From the NCBI RefSeq assembly GCF_018350175.1, contig NC_058369.1, positions 13,952,001 to 14,016,000 on the forward strand: a stretch of 64,000 nucleotides of DNA, written 5' to 3'. Each line of letters begins with the position of its first letter. Within the stretch, counting starts at the first letter, position 1. Shown piece after piece: positions 38,697 to 51,238 of this stretch. This DNA comes from Felis catus. Taxonomy: Eukaryota. The translations under genes and the position numbers were made by a program. The notes beneath the pieces are model-generated. The model had not been told where the DNA came from. It did no database searches and saw nothing but the letters and a program-made list of their open reading frames with translations.

Positions 38697-38799
38697 CGTT
38701 CACTGTGGCAGCACCTATACTAAAATTGGAACCATAGAGAGCTTAGCATGGCCTCTGCACAAGAATGACACGCAGATTCATGAAGTGCGCCGTATTTTT
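38697..38799 (+). pseudogene. U6 snRNA retropseudogene (near full length, diverged)
   Basis: GGCAGCACCTATACTAAAATTGGAACCATAGAGA..TTAGCATGGCCTCTGCACAAGAATGACACGCAGATTCATGAAG..TATTTTT aligns along U6. The ACAGAGA box is disrupted and no Pol III PSE/TATA is evident. Confidence 0.93.
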
Positions 38800-39546
38800 A
38801 TGTATGGCGTTGGCTGTGAACCAGACTTACTGTGGTGATCATTTCACAGTACATACAAATAGTGAACCTATTTGTCCAAGTCTGTGAAGATGCTCAGGGT
38901 TTAGAACCTATACCTCCTAATTCTTAGCCTGTGATCTTTCTGCTAACCCATAGTATTGGGTAATTGTCATTGTTTATACATGGTTACAGTCATCCTTAAA
39001 CTTCCATTAAGTCTACTTGGAATTTTCAGTTGAGTTGAAATCTCTGTATTACCTCCAGGTCCAGAAACAAATTTCCCAACAACCTATAAAATGTCTAGTG
39101 GTAAGATAGAATTTGTGCCATGAGTACAAATTTCAAAGAATTTGAATAGAACAAAATACACTTAACACCAAATCTATTTTGAATATTAAAAAAAAAAACA
39201 ACAAAAAACTAAAACCCATTGCTGGTCAGGGTGTGGTGAAAGGGGCAGCAACATGCATTGCTCATCCCCCCCCAGGAAATCGTAGGGAGGTGACAAATGA
39301 ACAAACAGTGATGTGTTCCTCAAAGGCAGGTGTTCAGAACTTTCGAAATCAACTGGAAAGAACTTGAATGTTCGACAGTAGGGGGGTTTTATAACTGAGG
39401 ATGAAAGCATCCTCAGTCCCCCATGCGGAAAGTTCCGCACATGGTGAGTTGGGATTTTTGAAGGAATTTTAAAGGCATGAGTGACACTCATGATGGTACT
39501 GTTCTGTGGAAAGAACAGGATAAAGCATAAAACATTTCGAGATAGA

Positions 39547-40224
39547 CAGGCATACCTCATTCTATTGCGCTTTGCTTTATTGTGTTGCGTTTTTTTTACA
39601 AATTGAAGGTTTGTGGCAACCCCGTGTTGAGCAAGAATATCAGTACCATTGTTCCAACAGCATTTGCTCACTTTGTGTCTCTGTGTCACATTCTGGTAAT
39701 TCTTGGAATTGTTCATATTTTTTCATTATTTGTTATGTGACATTTGATTAATGATCACAACTCAAAGTTCAGATGATTAGCATTTTTAGAAATAATTTTT
39801 TTAACTCTTTTTTTTTGAGAGAGAGAGAGAGAGAGAGAGGGTGCAAGTGAACAAGGGGCAGAGAGAGAGAAGTGGGGCTCACCCGGGGCTCCAACTCATG
39901 AACTGTAAGATAATGACCTGAGCCAAAGTCAGATGCTTAACAACTGAGCTCCTCAGGCACCCAACTGTTTTGTTTTGTTTTGTTTTTTAATTTATTCACT
40001 TTGAGAGAGAACATGAGCAGGGGAGAGGCAGAGAGAGGGAGAGAGAGAATCCCAAGCAGGCACTCCAGTCTCAGCGCAGAGCCTGATGCAGGGCTCAAAC
40101 TCATAAACTGTGAGATCATGACCCGAGCTGAAACCCAGAGTTGGATGCTTAACTGACTGAGCCACCCAGGCACCCCAATAAAGTATTTTTTAAGTTTATT
40201 TATTTATTTTGAGAGAAAGAGGGG

Positions 40225-40265
<41 letters not shown>

Positions 40266-40628
40266 AGAGAACATGAGTGGGGGAAGGGCAGAGAGAAAGG
40301 AAAGAGAATCCCAAGCAGGCTCTATGCTGTCAGGCCTATGTGGGGCTCGATCTCACAAACCATGAGATCATGACCTGAAGCCAAAATCAAGAGTCCGTTA
40401 CTTAATCAGCTGAGCCACCCAGACGCCCCAGCAGTAAAGTATTTTAATTAAAGGCACATAACTTGTTTTTTTAAAACACTGTCATTGCATACTTACACTG
40501 CAGGATAGTGTAAACATAACTTCTTTGTGCACTGGGAAACCAAAAATTCACTTGACTTGCTTTACTGTGATATTTGCTTTATTGGGGTGTTCTGGAACTG
40601 AAGCTGCAGTATCTCCAAGGTATGCCAG
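39547..40628 (+). mobile_element. Internally deleted Tigger1-type (Tc1/mariner) DNA transposon with three nested Can-SINEs
   Basis: Left end CAGGCATACCTC...TACAAATTGAAGGTTTGTGGCAACCC; right end ...CTGGGAAACCAAAAATTCAC...ATCTCCAAGGTATGCCAG; the termini form an inverted repeat. Confidence 0.88.
39805..40429 (-). mobile_element. Three tandem antisense Can-SINEs (about 39805-39963, 39970-40176, 40186-40429)
   Basis: Each has a T-rich tail, an (AG)n tract, GAGATCATGACCTGAGC-like core and CAGGCACCCC-like head. Confidence 0.88.
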
Positions 40629-42426
40629 GGTGTGCACACAGATGCCTGGGTGTGATAGGACCCGTCCCAGGGGAGACGTGCAAACGGGGCGTGTCCCCTC
40701 GAGTGTCAGGTGCGGGCGCCATTGTCAGCCCTTTATCCGTGTCTGCATGTTCCAGTTTTGCACAAAGAAGGCATAGGATTTTCATATTCGGGGGAAAAAA
40801 ATAATTCAAAAAGAATTCTGACAACCCGAACAAAATCGGGAAGCCACTGAAACACCTAGTCGCAGAGAGGTGAGTGGGTAAAGAAAGACATCAGGGTTAT
40901 AAGCAGCCGAATGTGCTGCTGAACCATGAAGACAGGGAAGATGGTGGGGGTTGGTGCAAACACACTTGACATCCTGGGAGTGAGAAAAGAGGGCGGCAGA
41001 GCCCAGCATCATGGCTAAACTTTTAACTGCCTCGCAAAATGACGTGGCTGCAAGGATGTCAGTAAAGGAATTCCACTGGATTTGTGGGGAGTGGGGTGGG
41101 GGGCGGGCAATGATGGGTGAATTTTTAATACTGTTTAGAAATCCACAGTTATCTCCATAATGTTCGTGGAATGCTTTTGAAAGGTTCTTTAGAAAGTCAT
41201 TGTCATCACGCTTTGAAAAAATCCGGTAATGAAGCAAGTGTTTACTCACAGAATTAAGGAGCCAGTGGCCAAGTACAAACCTGTCCCTCTGGCATTTTCT
41301 GCAGAGGCTTAATGCTGCTGGCCGCGCACCACCCCTCAGGGTCCCCAGTCACTGTAGGGCCCCCCCAGCCCCTCCCCCCCCCACACACTGGGTGTGCACA
41401 TGGAGTCTACAGCCCTCCGCCGGTGCATCCACCTTCTTATCTGATAATCCCTAAAGAACACATCAGCCTGAGGGCCTGTGAGGCGGATGGAGAATGAGGG
41501 AAGGTGACACAGCCGGAGCCCTCCCTCCATCAGCACACGGGCTCTGTCCAGTCATGTCTGCCGCCGTCCGGCGGGTTTCCTCCTTTGTCCTTGAATGAGA
41601 GTCTAGGGGCTCTGCCTAGAGCCTACAGTTCCCGGCTGGCATAGTGGCCCCAGCTCGAAGAGGAGGAAACCAGCCAGGGTCCTGCTGCCAACAGGGTTTC
41701 CCTGGGACCCCCTTCCCAGCCCCACAGGGCAGGCAAAGTCTTCATCCTCAGGTGGTGGGTGCGTGGGAGCACACACAGCACCACGGTCCCTGTGGGAGCC
41801 ATAGCTGAGGGACCACGGGAAGGTGGGTCAGCTAGGGGCAGGGAGCGCCCTCTGTGTGTTCACGGTGCCCAGTCTGAGCCTCTTCATGCTGCCCCACATG
41901 ATGTACTTCCCTGCCGTAGACAATTGGGTGCTGAGCAGAGGTGGCCCCTGCCCCGGGATCCCCTCCCACTCTGATCCAGGAATGGAATGGGGGATTGGTT
42001 CGGGGTGCCCACGTTTCCAGTGACTCCACTGCTGAGGTGGTGCCTGGGGTTTTCGGGTGTATAGACTGGACAAACCACCATCTTCCCCAAATGCCTGCTG
42101 ACAAGGGACCATGTCACTCCTCTGCTGTGCCCAGCTTATGGGCAGACAGCTAGGCTTGGATGTGCCTGCTTGCCACCAAGGGCAGGGGCTGGAGGTGGGG
42201 GCTGTAGAGGCCCCTCTGCACATAACTCTTGGTTTTGCCCCTGGGCATGTCTGGGACAGGCCCCTCTGCCTTTGAGGTTGCCTGGTTCTGGTTTGTGAGA
42301 CGTTCCAGGACCTGATAAACTCCCTTCTTGCTGAGCGTCTCCGGCCCTTGTGGCGTGGTCAGCCATGCCCTGAGGAGCCACAGCACGCCAGGAGGCCCGC
42401 TCAGTGTCCGCTGTCTTCTCTTTCAG

Positions 42427-42467
42427 ACGGGGTCCAGGCCCAAGTCCTGCGAGGTCCCCGGGATCAA
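42427..42467 (+). CDS. CRTC1: CRTC1 exon 7 (41 nt): TGSRPKSCEVPGI(N)
   Basis: ctttcag| and |gtaagt; the SRPKSCEVPGI motif is conserved in CRTC proteins. Confidence 0.96.
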
Positions 42468-42953
42468 GTAAGTCTCAGCAGGGCCCACCCTGCATGCCCA
42501 GGGCTGTCAGGGCCGCTCAGATGACCCCAGGGCTTCCCGTCCGCTAGCTCACAGGCTGCAAGTCCCGACAAGAGGGGCGCCCCGCCGCTGGCTGCCAGTC
42601 ATCGAGCCTCACAGGGGGCGGGGGGGACATGGGGCCCTACTCCCCTTCCCTGCCTGAGGTGGCAGAGCCCCGCCCCCACCACCCCTGCTCAGCTCCAGCT
42701 TGCCCACTCCTCAGACACCCCCTGTCCCTGAGCCGCAGGAGGACCCTCACCCCAGCCTCCTATCCTGCATAGATAGGTAGGCTGCTTCCTAAGGTCCCAT
42801 TGGAGGTGTAGGCTGACAGTCCTTTTCCGAGCATGGCAGCACCTAATCTTTTCGCACCAGTCTCCCCCGACACCTCGCTCCCCTGCCACAGCTTCTGGGG
42901 AAGAATGGGCCGGCGAGAGCTCACCTCCCCCCTCTGTCTGGCCTTCCCCCCAG

Positions 42954-43174
42954 CATCTTTCCATCCGCTGACCAGGAAAACACTACAGCCCTGATCCCCG
43001 CCACCCACAACACAGGGGGCTCCCTGCCTGACCTGACCAACATACACTTCCCCTCCCCCCTCCCGACCCCACTGGACCCTGAGGAGCCCACCTTCCCCGC
43101 GCTCAGCAGCTCCAGCAGCACCGGCAACCTCGCGGCCAACCTGACTCATCTGGGCATCGGCGGCGCCAACCAGG
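42954..43174 (+). CDS. CRTC1: CRTC1 exon 8 (221 nt): [73 protein letters not shown]
   Basis: cccccag| and |gtaagg; contains the GGSLPDLT motif (S245 equivalent). Confidence 0.97.
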
Positions 43175-46100
43175 GTAAGGCCAGGCCAGAAGGCGGGAGA
43201 ACTTCTTCCCCTGGCAGAGCTGAACGGCTAGTGAAGACAACACATGGGTTTGGATGAAGATTTAGCAGGGTGACATCCAAAATGCTGGGCATGGAGTGAG
43301 GGGCAGAACCTACCACAGGGGCTGGGCTTTCCCAGTATTGCCCAGGAAAGGCATCCCAGGCAGAGGGCACGGGTTTGGTGAAGGCCTGGGGGTGGGAAAA
43401 CTCAGCGGTGTCCCCAGGGATCAGACAGTGGTTCTGAGGGTGTACTGGGGGCTTCAGAGAGTCTGGGTGAGTCCAGAACATTCTAGGAGGGGAGCCCCCA
43501 AGAGTTTGATCCGGCCGGGGTGTGCCAGGCTTTCCCCCCACCTCTCCTTGTCCTCAGCTCTTCATGGAGGGCCAGGACCAGTCCTGACCTGCTCCCCCCA
43601 CACTCCACCTGCTTGGGACACTCCAGTCCAGGCCACATTCATGGGGACATCCCATGGGCCCCTCACCTTCCTAATATCTCCCAGTGCTGCCCAACCCTGC
43701 TTCTCTGGGGACGAGCAGCACGGTTTCCCAGTGGCTTGCCTCTTCTGTTCTCTTGCCTGCCCTGACCTGTTGATGCATCCCGTCAGCCCCACCATTGGGA
43801 CCCGGGCCAACCTGGACCTTCTCTACCTTACATGGCCTCCACCTACCTGCCCACCTCCCCCTCCAGCTCTCAGCCTCTTCTCAGCCAGGATGGCCATCAC
43901 CTCATGGCTCTCGTCTGCTCAGGATCTTGCACGGGTCCTCGGTTCCCTCCCAGTGAAAACCTGAGACCCCTGGGGCCCGGGAGATCAACTACAGTTCACC
44001 CTCCGACTTTGTCTCCTGCCCCCCACACCATCTCCTCTCTGGCCAGTGAGCTCACCTCAGGGCCTTGGCATGTGCCACCTCTCTTCCACAGTCCTCTTCC
44101 TCCAGATGGCTGCAGGACCCCTCGCCCACCCCATCCCTGCTCACACCTCTTCTCAATGAGCCATCGTGGCCCCCTGCCCACACTCTTGCCTCCAGCCTCT
44201 CACTCTTGCTTTTCTTCATTTACCCTGCTGCTGTTGAGTCACTACTTTGCTCTCATCTGTTCCCTGGGCCAGGCCTGGCTCTCCCACGTCCCCACTATGA
44301 CCCGCAAGTCCCCAGTGTGATTCTTGCACCCATGTTGACTGTGGGATGTGTGGGTTTACATCCAGGGAGGACACAAGGCAGCCCCAACAGCCTCATGGTG
44401 GGATGGGCAGAATGTGGACCCCTCTGTGAGTCCACACATGTCAGGACTTGGTGACCGGTGAGAGCGCTACCTTGCTGCCCTGCATCCTGCCCAGGAGCCG
44501 ATGCTCGCCCAGTCCATCTGCCTGTCTTACCTCTGTCCCGAGCGTGGTGGGCAGCACCATGCAGGGTTTTCTGAGAGAGAATCACACGCTCTAATTCACA
44601 TTTGCCACAGCCCTTCTAACCACCCAAGGAGAATAGGCTATCAGGAGGGGTGCCAGTGCCAGGGCAGGGCCCCACTGAACACTGTAGAGAGACTTCCAGG
44701 TGAAGTTGTCTGGCCCACGTTACAGGGAACAGAGGCACTTGAGCCGGAGTTGTTCCGGGCTTTGGTGCTGACAGGACCAGAGGCAGGTGAGGGGTGTTAA
44801 GGACAGTGCAAGTGTTCCTAGGTTTCTAGACTAGGAAATAGAGGCCAGAACAGTGAAAAGCGGGGCAGGACCCTGGCCTAAGAGCATTGAGGCTCTGTTC
44901 TTGCGTGTACATACCTGGCCCCGTGCCCACCGAGGCTCAGCCACTAGGCAGAGGGCGTCAGCTTCCACTGTCCCCCCCCACCCCCGGGACAAAGTGAACA
45001 GGTTCAGGGGATCCTGAGACCCATGGCCCCCCTGAGAGGTGGGTGGGCCGGGAGGGTCCACACAGGCCTATGCAAAGCAAGAAATCAGCAGGTTGGCTCT
45101 GGAGACACTGGAGGGGCCCCCTTTTGTAGGCACCACTGTTTCCTGGCCCCCCTTTTTCTCCTCACGTCTTGCTGTGGCCTCCAGAGCACCACCCCCTCCT
45201 CCAGAGGGTCCTTGGCAGCCCCCCAGCACCCGCCCAGGAGCTGTGCACCTCCAGCCCATGCCGAGTCTAAACAAGCACAGGAAAACACAACACATGTGAA
45301 AGCCATAGACGCGGGAACAAGCGCAGACCCCGAGCGTGGGGCCCAGACCCTGGCCCGCCTGGCTGGGAGCGTCAGCCCAGTAATGTCTGACATGTGTTCG
45401 GTTGTTTGCGAACCTGCCGCTCTAGCTGCTCGCCTGGCAGGGGCTCCGCTTTCTGGGCGCATTTTAAATCAAGCCGAGCCGCTGGCCCCTGGCACACGTG
45501 GAGACGGCCCCCCCAGCCCACCCGCCAGTTGGAACGTGAGCCCCTCGAGGAAGAATGGGAGGCTTCTGCCTCCAAGGAGACAGCGGCCCCTCTCGTTCTC
45601 TTAAACATTTGCTGAGGTCGTTTTCCTGGTTGTTGGCCAGAACCTGGAGGAGGGCAGGCCCGGGTCCTCCTTCCTGGCACAGCTCCAAGGCCTGCCAGCC
45701 CCGCATACGAGGCTTGCGTGCCTCTGGCTGGGCCCCTGCCACCTGGCCTGCCCTCCCCTGGCAGCTCTCCCTGCCCGCCCCAGACTTCCCTTCCAGCTGG
45801 CCTCACTCCTTTTCCCAAAGGTGATCCAGGTTGCCAAAAGGAATTCAACAGCAAGGCGTCCGTCCGCCCTCCCAGCCCAACTGGCCTCTCCTGGGGTGGT
45901 GGCCGCCCAGTGTGAGACCAGGAGCTCACTCTGCAGCCCAGCGGAGGATTAAAAACTCCCTTGTACTCAAGATAGACAGAGGCTGGCAACCCAAGCACCA
46001 AATCCAGCCTACCGGTGTGTTTTGTCTGGCCCATGGTTGCATGCGTGATGCTTTGAATCAACATCTGAAAATCAGGAGAGTGTGTGTAAAACTCTAGACT

Positions 46101-47897
46101 TCTGGCTTCTCTTGAAGAATCAGAAGGCCCAGCAGTGGTGGGTCGAGTTCGTATGCCACAGGCCCCTCCTGCCCCTGTTGCCCCACTGACCCTCTCTTGG
46201 TATTTGCCTCTGCTGCTCACTGAGCCCTGACGTCTGCTCCCTGGGTGTTGAGTGCTCACAACCCGAAGGATGTCAGAGGCAGTGGATGCTCAGAGAAGAG
46301 GAGGGAGCAGCCTGTGGTCCCGACCGTGTTCCCTGACTAGGCATCTCCCGGACTCTTCCTGCTCAGGCTTCTTGTCCATGCCCCCCTTGATGCTGCTGTG
46401 TTTGCAGCAGCTTGATTCTGGGGCCCAAGTTCTGTGTATAACTTGGAACCCGGGGCTCTGCCTTGGGAGCACTCTGCCAGGCCCTCCTGCAGTGCACGGC
46501 TAAGTGGAGCTGCCAGGGCGACTGAGGGGAAGTGCAGGCATGACCAGGCTTGCCTCGCACAGATGACACAGCCAGTGAGCAGCTGCCCTGGGCGGAGAGA
46601 AGGCCGCCCGTCATCTCCCCTCAGTGTGTGCTGGGCGCATTCCCACTGGCCTGTGAACCTGCCATCTCACCTGCTGGAACAAGGTTAATCTGACGGCCCT
46701 CGGCAGAATGGGGCCAGCTACCCCAGGTGAGTCAGGCTTCTGCACCACCGGCCTTGACTGCAGGCCAGACTGTCTTGAGAGCCTGCTCCCAACCTCATTA
46801 GGGCCTCACAGTGAACTCTTGAGGGTGGCTGTTATCGTTTCCATCTCAAGGACAAGGAGACCGACTGGGAGATCAAGCCAATCCCCCAGGGCTCCCGCAA
46901 GCATCAGGAGGCCTCTCCCTGGCACCGTGCCCCAGGATAACCCAGCAGGCCCCAACTGCTTCCATACTGAACTTGACCTCACTCAGCTCCTTCACAACAG
47001 ACACGTCCAGGGATGGGATTCCGGGGGGAGGGGGCCAGGGTGACGGAAGGGGCAACACGGAGCCCTCCTGACAGGAGCTCGATCAGCAGCAAGGGTGTTG
47101 GAAGGAGAGAGAGAGTAACTGAGTTTCTAGGTTGGGCAGCCCAGCAGGGCTGATGGTCCAGCATGGAGAGCACATGAGGTGAGAGGAGAAGGTTGTGGAC
47201 ATGAGATGGGGGAGGGGCTGCCAGATACACGGGTCTGGGGCTGAAAGGAGATCTGGCTGAAGGAATAGTTCATTACAGGGTGGTACAATTTTGAGAGCAT
47301 GAGGCTGTAGAGGAAACTGCAGCCTCTGGGCAGGACCAGCTTGCTTGAAGCTAACCAAAACCCAAGCCAGTTTAGGCAAAAAAGGGGCACCGATTATCTC
47401 CCAAAACCAGGAAGCACCACTGTGGCTGGATCTAGAGCTCAGGTGCTGCCGCTCCTCAGCCCCTGATTCTCCAGCTGGCTCTTCCCTTTGCGGCCATATG
47501 GTGCTCTCCTCACACAGCTCCAGACCTCCCTTCTTGGAGTTCCATCAGAAGTCCCAGGGCAGTCTCTCATTGGGCCAGTCTGGTCACATGTCCATCTGGG
47601 GGCCAATCATGTGGTGGTGCAGAGGCAGGGAAGTGCTGATTGGCAGGGCCTGTGGGACACGTCCCTGGGAGGGATGGCAGGATCAGTGGGATAGTGCTAG
47701 CCAGCATGGGGATGGAGCAGGAAAGAGAACAGAGTCTACACAGGTATTGGGGCCTTGGAGGGGAGCACCCTGGGTTCGGTGATTAGGACACAATGGATTC
47801 TGAGTGACGGGGCTGCTCCCAGCAGTGACCAAGGTGTGTGAGCAGCCCTCTGGAGGCCAGAGTCATGCCCACCCTTCTCTCCTGTTCTCCCTTTCAG

Positions 47898-48031
47898 GAA
47901 TGAGCACGCCAGGCTCCTCACCACAGCACCGTCCAGCTGGCGTCAGCCCGTTGTCCCTGAACACAGAGGCAAGGAGACAGCAGGCCCAGCAGGTGTCGCC
48001 CACCCTTTCCCAGCTGTCACCCATCACTCAG
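47898..48031 (+). CDS. CRTC1: CRTC1 exon 9 (134 nt): (G)[44 protein letters not shown]
   Basis: ctttcag| and |gtgtga; phases 1/0 are consistent. Confidence 0.96.
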
Positions 48032-49084
48032 GTGTGAGGGCGTGGTGGGGTGGGGCGGGGAGGCGTGGCCTGCTCTGCCCCTCAGGGAAGCCTCCCTCTC
48101 CTTCCAGGGGCCTATAGAACCTTGAAGACAAACGTTCCCAACATTTCTGGCTATTTGTCAAAATTTCAAGCGCATGAAAATGTATTAAGTACTGGCCTGG
48201 AATCTCTTGTAGCTGTCATGGGCAGATTTGTGTGACTGGGTGTCCTTCTTTATGTCACTTTCCCTTCTTGAGGATCTAGTTGAATTTCTCCAAAATGAGA
48301 TGTTTAGAGAGGTTTTTTTGTTTTTTCAATTTACCATAATTTTGTTTCCTCTGCTTTTTTTGGTAGCTCATATGTGTCTAGGAATTGGTCTCTTTCATCT
48401 AGATTGTACAGTGTGCTGTCATATGATCATTCATAGCACTCCTAATTCTGTTCTTTGAAGTTGGTCGTAATGTTCCCACTTTTGTTTCTGGTTTCAGTAA
48501 TTTGATTCTTCTCTTTTTTACTTAGTCAATTTAGGGCCTTTATGGCCCTAAATTAGGAAGCATTCCCTCCTCTTTTGTTTCTTTGGAAGCATTTGAGAAA
48601 CGCTGGTGCGGATTCTTTAAATATGTGGTAGAATTCACCAGCAAAGCCCCTGGGTCTTAGCCTATCCTTGTTGGGAAATTTGAGGGTTTTTTTTTAAGTT
48701 TTAACTTAATTCCAGGTAGGTAACGTACAGTGTAATATTAGTTTGAGGTGTACGATACAGTGATCCAGCATTCCATACGTCACCCGCCGCTCATCACAAG
48801 TGTACGTCTTCATCCCCATCACCTATTTCCCCCGTCCCCCCATCTGCCTTCCCTCTGGCAACCATCAGTGTGTTCTCTGTGGCTAACACTTGGTTTCTTG
48901 GTTTCTCTCTCTCTTCTTTTTTTCCTTTGCTCGTTTGTTTTGTTTCTTAAATCCCACGTATGAGTGAAATCATACGGTATTTGTCTTTCTCTGACTTATT
49001 TCACTTAGCGTGATACTCTCTAGTTCCATCCGTGTCATTGCAGATGGCAAGATCTCATTCTTTCTTTAAATTTATTTTTACTTA

Positions 49085-49285
49085 GGGGCGCCTGGGTGGC
49101 GCAGTCGGTTAAGCGTCCGACTTCAGCCAGGTCACGATCTCGCGGTCCGGGAGTTCGAGCCCCGCGTCGGGCTCTGGGCTGATGGCTCAGAGCCTGGGGC
49201 CTGTTTCCGATTCTGTGTCTCCCTCTCTCTGCCCCTCTCCCGTTCATGCTCTGTCTCTCTCTGTCCCAAAAATAAATAAACGTTG
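49085..49285 (+). mobile_element. Young felid Can-SINE (SINEC_Fc-like) with 17-bp TSD
   Basis: Same head as the element at 20176. TSD AAATTTATTTTTACTTA at 49068-49084 and 49286-49302. Confidence 0.95.
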
Positions 49286-49302
49286 AAATTTATTTTTACT
49301 TA

Positions 49303-49486
49303 TTTATTTATATTTCATTTTTTGAGAGAGAGAGAGATTGCTTGAGCGGGGGTTGGGGGTGGGGGAGAGAATCCCAAGCAGGCTCCATGCTAAGCATCAC
49401 AGGGCTCAATCCTGTGACCCTGGGATCATGACCTGAGTCGAAATTAAGAGTTGGCCACTCAACCAGCTGAGCCACCCAGGTACCCC
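49303..49486 (-). mobile_element. Older antisense Can-SINE (tail interrupted by the young SINE)
   Basis: GAGAATCCCAAGCAGGCTCC...GAGCCACCCAGGTACCCC; flanking near-repeats AGATCTCATTCTTT and AGATTTCATTCTTT. Confidence 0.88.
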
Positions 49487-49522
49487 AAGATTTCATTCTT
49501 TTTTATGACTGAATAGTATTCC

Positions 49523-49709
49523 TTTTTTTTTTTTTTTTTAAGTTTTTAAATTTATTTTGAGAGAGACTCTAGAGAGAGAGAATCCCAAGCAGGCTCCACA
49601 CTGTCAGCCTGGAGCTTGACTTGGGGCATAAGCCCATGAACTGTGAGATCATGACCTGAGCCAAAATCAGGAGTCAGTGCTTAACCCACTGAGACACCGA
49701 GGAGCCCCC
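49523..49709 (-). mobile_element. Antisense Can-SINE
   Basis: Poly-T tail followed by GAATCCCAAGCAGGCTCCACACTGTCAG...GAGATCATGACCTGAGCC. Confidence 0.85.
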
Positions 49710-51238
49710 ACATCTTCTTTATCCATTTATCAATCAATGGATACTTGGGCCACTTCCATAATTTGGCTATTGTAAATAATGCTGCTGTAAACACTGGGGT
49801 GCATGTATCCCTTTGAATTAGTATTTGTGTATCCTTTGGCTAAATACCTAGTAGTGGGATTGCTGGATTGTAGGGTAGTTAGTTCTATTTTTAACTTTTT
49901 GAGGAAACTCCATATTGCTCTCTAGAGTGGCTGCACCAGTTTTCATTTCTGTCATCAGCGCAGGAGGATTCCCCTTTCTCTACATCCTTACCAACACTTG
50001 TTGTTTCTTGTGTGGTTAATTTTAGCCATTCTGACAGGTGTGAGGTGATAGATTGGCATTTCCCTGATGATGAGTGATGTTGGGCATCTTTTCATGTGTC
50101 TTTTGTCCATCTGTATGTCTTTGGAAAACTGTGCATGTCTTCTGCCCATTTTTTAATTGGATTATTTGGTTTTGGGGTGTTGAATTTTGTAAGTTCTTTA
50201 TATAGTCTGGATATTAACCCTTTATTGGGTATGTGATTTCCAAATATTTTCCGTTGGGAGGTTTTTGATGACTGATTCAATCTCCTTTCTTGCTATATAG
50301 GTCTATTCAGATTTTCTGTTTCTTCTTGGATCAGTTTTGGTAGTTTGTGTGTTTCCAGGAATTTGTCCGTTTTGCCTGTTTTTTTTAAAAATCCCTAATA
50401 GGTAATATTTTTGTTGTCTGTTTTTTAACATAACCTCAATGGCAGTATCTACCTATAACACAACTGATAGGCATACCTTCCACTGCCTGGCCTCAGCCCG
50501 TTGCCTTCTGTGTCTCCCGCCTGCTTGTTCAGATCAGGATCCAGACAGAGCCATGGGTAGCTTCTGGCAATGTGTCCTCAGTCTCTCGATCTGTGACCCC
50601 TGTGCCTTCTCCCTTAGACCTGCCTGCCTTTTCTGGAAACTGGTTTTTGTTCATGTAACTGCCACTTATTAGAGGCTGGGCCTTCTGTTCTGTTATATCC
50701 TGGAGCTCCTGGTCACATCCAACCTCCCTGAGAGGGCAGGAGCCCCAGCCTGCCCCAGGAACTGTCCATATAGACTCACAAATGTTGAAAACTTCCCTCT
50801 AACCAGGAAAAATTTCTCTTTCCACTCCAAGAAGGCCTGAGCTGATCATTACTGAGTGGCCACACCACCATCTCCATCACCCAGAGTGGTCTAGGCACAG
50901 GCTGCCTGCTGGGTTGCCGGAGCGTGGAGCCCTGAGCCTGAGCGGGTATGGAAGGTAGTGCCCGCCGCTCAGCGTGTGGCAAAGGAAAGGCTCCTTGGGT
51001 GCAGGGCACAAACAGCTGGATTAGAAGCCCAGGTCCTGTCCAGGTGCAGCCTAACCCTCTGTGGTCCTGGGAAAGGCCTGTCCTCTCTAGGGGGTCCAAG
51101 GTCTGGATGTCTCTTTGTTTATCCATAACATCTTTGCTGAGCATGCCAGGCCATGGGGCCCCCCCTGGGGACCAGGTACTCATAGTCTGGCCTCTTCTGC
51201 CCAGTGGCCTCCCACGTGACGCCCTCCTCTTCCCCCAG

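Larger units (their letters stand above)
48230..50400 (-). mobile_element. Antisense LINE-1 remnants: old L1M ORF2-region fragment interrupted by a younger L1 3' end (about 48690-50250)
   Basis: Typical antisense L1 strings: GAGTGAAATCATACGGTATTTGTCTTTCTCTGACTTATTTCACTTAGC, TTTTTGAGGAAACTCCATA, GTAGAATTCACCAG. Confidence 0.85.

Noticed and set aside
38697..38799. Functional U6 snRNA gene
   Set aside because: ACAGAGA box and AGC-adjacent region are altered, there are many substitutions, no upstream PSE/TATA is evident, and retroposition hallmarks are present.
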